A stretch of DNA of 64,000 nt, taken from Marinicella sp. GTDB lineage: Bacteria; Pseudomonadota; Gammaproteobacteria; Xanthomonadales; Marinicellaceae. The stretch is taken from assembly GCA_965230295.1 (NCBI GenBank), contig OZ246001.1, forward strand, positions 1,856,001 through 1,920,000, given 5' to 3'. The notes under the pieces were generated by a model. It had not been told where the DNA came from. It made no database searches and was given only the letters and a program-made list of their open reading frames with translations. The first letter of the stretch is position 1, and every line of letters starts with the position of its first letter. Both the position numbers and the translations under genes were made by a program. Shown in pieces: positions 59,822-64,000 of the stretch.

Positions 59822-61803
59822 GGATGACAGACCGCTTGGGTGGTTTGGTGGTGGGTGGTTTTGTTTGGCCAGGCTTTGATTGGGCTTTGGTTGATTGGGA
59901 TGGTGGGCATCCAGGTTGAGATGCGCCGTGGTGTTTGGTTGATCAACCAATCGTAAATGGTGACATTGGACAAAATGCGGGTTACATAATCACGGGTTTC
60001 ACGGTATGGAATGGTTTCCAGCCAAATGTCTGGTGAGCGTGGAAAGTCTTGGCTCCAATCCATGGACTTTCTTTCGCCAGCGTTGTAAGCCGCCGCCACC
60101 AAAATGGGGTGGTCAAATTGTTTGAACAGGTTTTTTTGATACTGGACACCGAGTTGGATATTTAATGATGCTTGGTGTAAATCTCTGGGTTGGTTGATTG
60201 ATACGCCCAGTTGGCTGGCCACTGCATTGGCCGTGGATGGCAGCAATTGCATCAGTCCGTGGGCGTTGGCATGTGAAACGGCATCTTTGGTCCAGGCGCT
60301 TTCTTGCTTGATGATGGCCATCACCCATTGGGGCATGGGATCGTTGCTGTTGGCCTGGGCTCGAATCACTTGTTCATGTGCGACAGGATAGCGCCAAATG
60401 TAATTGTCCCATAATCCCAGATCAGCCATAATGGCAATCGATTTGGCATACCAGTGTTCTTGTAAAACCCGTTCGGCCAAAGCTATTTTTTCATCACGAT
60501 TCAGTGATCTGTATGCTGTGTTCCATTCACGACGTGCCATCACCAACATACCCGCATGGTGTAACTCAATGGCCCTTTCAATGGCCGCAGGTGGGTTGAA
60601 TTGTGTCAGGGTTGTGTTGGCCGGCTTTTGACACAAGTGGTAGGGCTGTCGTAAGTGATCAGCCGCCAAAAAACCGTAGTAATTGGTTTTTTTTCGCAGC
60701 CCTTCAAAAATGGTTTTGGCATCATTCTTCTTGCCAACTTTGGCCATTGCCCTGGCCGTCCAATATTGCCATCGATCTTGTCCCAGTTGGCGTAAACTCA
60801 TCTTCTTTAAGGCATCCAACACATTGTGCCACTGCTCATGGTACAAGTAGTATCGAACGATCCAGGCATGGATTTGATCGTCTTTCATGCTGGCAGGCAG
60901 TTTTTTCATGGCATCGATTGAGAAGGCCTCATAATCAGTGGCAGCAAATAGAGCCATTTGTCGTTCAACCTGATCGATGTGTGATTGTTTTAACGGGTGA
61001 GCCGATTTGACCTTGGGCCAAATTTTATGCAATGTGGCTGGCATGCTTTTGGCCATGCGCATACCCGTTTTATAGATCAACCAGGGCAATTCAGGGTTGA
61101 TGGTCCAATTCACTGATTGTTCAATGGCCGTTTCGGGGTCTTGCATCAGGTCAATCGCCTGATCGACCCAAACCGGTTTGGTTTGTAATTGTTTTTTGAG
61201 GTGGTTGGCCAATGAAGAGTTGTTGCTTTCAAAGGTTAACTTGATGCGACTCAATAACAATGGGTCAGTCAGGTGGCCTTGTTTTTTCCACCATTTGAAC
61301 GCCACATTACAGGCATCAGGTGCTGATAAGCCTGACAGCCACATGGCTTCTATCAATGGCGGGAGTCCCTGGGTTTTTTGTTGGTCAATCCTCGCATTCA
61401 AATACCAGCATTGGCGTTTACCTTGATCAAAACCATTGTGATGGTTGAGGTATTTGGCCCATTGTTTTTGCCACCCCAATTGATCCAGTAAATGTCGGGT
61501 CAGCTGTTTGTTCAACGGGCTGCCTGGGTGTTTTTGCTGGAAATCGGCAATGGCTTGTTCGGGCAAATTGGCCATGTCACTGCGGATCAGTGCATAATCT
61601 AAATAATGAGTGATCGGGTAGTTGTCCAATGGCTGACGACGTTGGGCCACTTGCGTGGACTGGCCTTGTAATGCCAAGGCATACAAAGTGCGAAAGAGTT
61701 TACGTTCTTTTTTGGACTGTGCTGCAACAACCACATGGCTCAATAACAAACACAGTGTGATCAGAATGCGTGTATGAATGGTGTGGTTGTTTGCCGATTT
61801 CAT
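59818..61803 (-). CDS. slt: Soluble lytic murein transglycosylase
   Basis: Superhelical N-domain; NYYGFLAA, IIKQES, GLMQL, AAYNAG, IPYRETRDYV. Confidence 0.92.
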   Translation of the reverse strand: MKSANNHTIHTRILITLCLLLSHVVVAAQSKKERKLFRTLYALALQGQSTQVAQRRQPLDNYPITHYLDYALIRSDMANLPEQAIADFQQKHPGSPLNKQLTRHLLDQLGWQKQWAKYLNHHNGFDQGKRQCWYLNARIDQQKTQGLPPLIEAMWLSGLSAPDACNVAFKWWKKQGHLTDPLLLSRIKLTFESNNSSLANHLKKQLQTKPVWVDQAIDLMQDPETAIEQSVNWTINPELPWLIYKTGMRMAKSMPATLHKIWPKVKSAHPLKQSHIDQVERQMALFAATDYEAFSIDAMKKLPASMKDDQIHAWIVRYYLYHEQWHNVLDALKKMSLRQLGQDRWQYWTARAMAKVGKKNDAKTIFEGLRKKTNYYGFLAADHLRQPYHLCQKPANTTLTQFNPPAAIERAIELHHAGMLVMARREWNTAYRSLNRDEKIALAERVLQEHWYAKSIAIMADLGLWDNYIWRYPVAHEQVIRAQANSNDPMPQWVMAIIKQESAWTKDAVSHANAHGLMQLLPSTANAVASQLGVSINQPRDLHQASLNIQLGVQYQKNLFKQFDHPILVAAAYNAGERKSMDWSQDFPRSPDIWLETIPYRETRDYVTRILSNVTIYDWLINQTPRRISTWMPTIPINQSPIKAWPNKTTHHQTTQAVCHP

Positions 61804-61806
61804 GGG

Positions 61807-62460
61807 TTAAGAAACTTCCTGTTCCAGTTGGTGTAAAAATTGTTGCATAAATTGGTGTCTTTGTAATGCTTCCTGTTGGGCAGCTTGGGTTTGGAACGAA
61901 TCTTTCAGTTTCAGCAGTTTGGTGTAAAAGTGGTCGATGATGGCCGCCTTGTCATCTGGGGTTCTATCATAACAAAAGGGGTCTTCATGAAATGTTAAGG
62001 GGTTGCCAAAGCTGGCACCAACCAACAGGGTTCTGGCAATACCAATGGCGCCCAAAGCATCCATGCGATCGGCGTCTTGCACCACTTGAGCTTCCAGTGT
62101 TTCACACGGTACGTTGGCACTGAAGCTGTGCGCCACGATGGCATGATGGATGTCAGCATGGTGAGACTCAGGGTATTGCCATTGTTGTAACAGTTGGACC
62201 GCATGATCAGCTGCCAGTTTTGATGCTTGTGCCCGCAGCGGAGAATCCTTGGCCACTTGCACACAATCATGTAGCCAGGCAGCAGGCAGTACCACCCACA
62301 TGTTGGCAGCTTCAGCATGACAAAACTGCTTGGCTGATTTAACCACCCGTTTGATGTGATTCAGGTCATGTCCTTGATCTGCGGCTTCTATCCCAGCCAC
62401 ATGTCGAGTAAAGATCGATTCCCAGTGATTGGTGTCATTTTTTGTCATCGGTGCGATCAC
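61807..62460 (-). CDS. HD-domain phosphohydrolase (YedJ-like)
   Basis: HDLNHIKRV, AWLHD, HSFS, QDADRMDALGAIG, HFYTKLLKL. Confidence 0.92.
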   Translation of the reverse strand: MIAPMTKNDTNHWESIFTRHVAGIEAADQGHDLNHIKRVVKSAKQFCHAEAANMWVVLPAAWLHDCVQVAKDSPLRAQASKLAADHAVQLLQQWQYPESHHADIHHAIVAHSFSANVPCETLEAQVVQDADRMDALGAIGIARTLLVGASFGNPLTFHEDPFCYDRTPDDKAAIIDHFYTKLLKLKDSFQTQAAQQEALQRHQFMQQFLHQLEQEVS

Positions 62461-62463
62461 GTG

Positions 62464-63363
62464 TCAGTTTCCAGAAAAAATTTCAAACAATGATTTTAAT
62501 AAAGCACGCAATTCTAAACTGAATAAAGTGAAACGGCTGTCAAGCAATTGCCATTCTGATTCGATCGATTCATCGTCCAGTTGATCCAGAACCACGTCAG
62601 TGAATTTCACCTTCTTGATGCCCATGTCATGGCCCAGCACCAGTTCGACCCGATCGTTGAATAACAAACCCAATTGGGTCACCAGGTAACCGTTGTCAAT
62701 GTGCTGTTTCATCTGGTCATCCAGATGAGCAATGTTGCGCCCCCTGACCACGCCTTTGCTGTCGTCCAGAGTTTCCAAAACGATTTCATTGTCTAATTGG
62801 AAGCCGCCATCACCTGTGGCGTGCAATACCCATTGTGTCAACACTTGAGCCATCGATGAAGAAGGCCCAAAAGCAGATGCTTTAAATGAACCCAGGGTTT
62901 GACGTAATTGAGAGACCAAATCTTCCGCTGCATTTTGGCTGGCACAATCAACCACCAATAAACCCAGTTTCAAATCGATGTAAGCACTGATGGCCTTGGG
63001 TTTGACAAAGGCCTGCGGTAGCATTTCCAGCATCAACTGTTGTTTCATGTCGGTTTGTTGTTTGCGTCCGGGCTTTTGTCCTGACTCTGCTTTGATGGAA
63101 TCGAGTTGTTGGCTTAATTGGTGGTTGACCACGGCTGCCGGCAATACTTTTTCTTCAATACCCAAAGTGAACAACATGGCATCGCCACTTTGTAAGACAA
63201 ACAACTCACTGTCAGAGCCAAAGGGAGAAACCCAGCCTTTAGAGACAGCTTCCATCGGTGCGCAAGCTTTCAGGGCGTCGCCTTTCAAGGCCTCTGAAAG
63301 TTGCTCCGCATTCATGCTGAAAGCTTCGTTGAGCTGGAACAAGCGGGCATTTTTAAACCACAT
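62464..63363 (-). CDS. rdgC: Recombination-associated protein RdgC
   Basis: MWFKN, GWVSP, EEKVLPAAVV, LPQAF, LRQTLGS. Confidence 0.95.
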   Translation of the reverse strand: MWFKNARLFQLNEAFSMNAEQLSEALKGDALKACAPMEAVSKGWVSPFGSDSELFVLQSGDAMLFTLGIEEKVLPAAVVNHQLSQQLDSIKAESGQKPGRKQQTDMKQQLMLEMLPQAFVKPKAISAYIDLKLGLLVVDCASQNAAEDLVSQLRQTLGSFKASAFGPSSSMAQVLTQWVLHATGDGGFQLDNEIVLETLDDSKGVVRGRNIAHLDDQMKQHIDNGYLVTQLGLLFNDRVELVLGHDMGIKKVKFTDVVLDQLDDESIESEWQLLDSRFTLFSLELRALLKSLFEIFSGN

Positions 63364-63592
63364 AAATCATCCTGAAATAAAAATCCATATTTTAATAAAT
63401 TCTGCAGATAATAACTGAATTAATATGGGATATTTAATGACTGTATTCAGCCTGCTTGATGTGGCTGGATCAGATCGGTTGCTGTGGGTAAATTATTATT
63501 TTTTTACTGCAGAAAAAATTGAATTGTGGTATTTTTATCTTTGTATATAGATTAAAGCACAAATTAGTAACACAGTTTATTAGGTGGTAGGC

Positions 63593-63775
63593 ATGTTTGG
63601 TTTTTTTAAGAAAAAGAAAAAAGAAATTAAAAGGGTGGATAAGCGGAAAAAACAACGCAGAAGCAATGACAGCCCGAGGCGCAGTGTGGTTCGCTGGGAG
63701 CCTGATAAAGATGATCGCAGAAGCGGAGAGGACAGAAGAAAAGAAAACAATACATGGGATGGAACCAAGAAGTAA
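63593..63775 (+). CDS. Small Arg/Lys-rich protein with [DE]RR repeats
   Basis: 60 aa MFGFFKKKK...RR..VRWEPDKDDRRSGEDRR...W; GGTGGTAGG before the ATG. Confidence 0.7.
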   Translation: MFGFFKKKKKEIKRVDKRKKQRRSNDSPRRSVVRWEPDKDDRRSGEDRRKENNTWDGTKK

Positions 63776-63913
63776 AAAACACTTTGTAAGGACAGATCAG
63801 CCCAAAACCACCTGAATTTGCTGAAATTTCTCTGCCGATATGCTATTTTTATGATGTGTGGGAAGACTAAGACATGACATCAAGTCATATATAATGAAGA
63901 CAAAGGGCTAAAT

Positions 63914-64000
63914 ATGTTTGAGAACAGTACAGTCTATGGTTCTGATACCGGCAGAAAAGTCAGGTATGAACCCATTGAAAGACGACGCAACAACCGCCGC
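63914..64000 (+). CDS. Start of a second [DE]RR-type small protein (runs off the window)
   Basis: MFENSTVYGSDTGRKVRYEPIERRRNNRR; AAGGG RBS. Confidence 0.55.
   Translation, partial: MFENSTVYGSDTGRKVRYEPIERRRNNRR

Noticed and set aside
1-64000. tRNA, rRNA, IS transposase, integrase or prophage genes
   Set aside because: None recognised; intergenic gaps are short or explained by the listed repeats

Overview
A 64 kb chromosomal segment (roughly mid-40s % GC by eye) of a gammaproteobacterium. The protein style suggests a Marinicella/Xanthomonadales-like lineage, but that is inference. It is mostly core or semi-core genes: lptD-surA-pdxA-rsmA-bioD; a MacAB-like ABC exporter operon with three adaptor genes; a full cbb3 oxidase cluster (ccoNOQP-x-GHIS plus TauE/DsbD-like) divergent from an Fnr-type regulator; trxA-rho-ppx; bioB/bioF; upp; ggt; slt-cca; rdgC; and many secreted hydrolases and glycan enzymes. 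No rRNA, tRNA, CRISPR, transposase or prophage was recognised. Best leads: (1) three unrelated exported proteins share a terminal D-x-I-F-x-x-x-F-E peptide, a candidate C-terminal sorting/anchoring tag; (2) modular intergenic repeats share a covarying hairpin with an invariant GGT/GAA internal loop (8 instances, two repeat families); (3) the triple-adaptor MacB-type exporter; (4) an orphan promoter-hairpin-terminator unit (candidate sRNA); (5) a 2OG-Fe(II) oxygenase and a methyltransferase with polysaccharide-terminator-like coiled-coil tails. All calls come from reading the sequence only; no searches were run.
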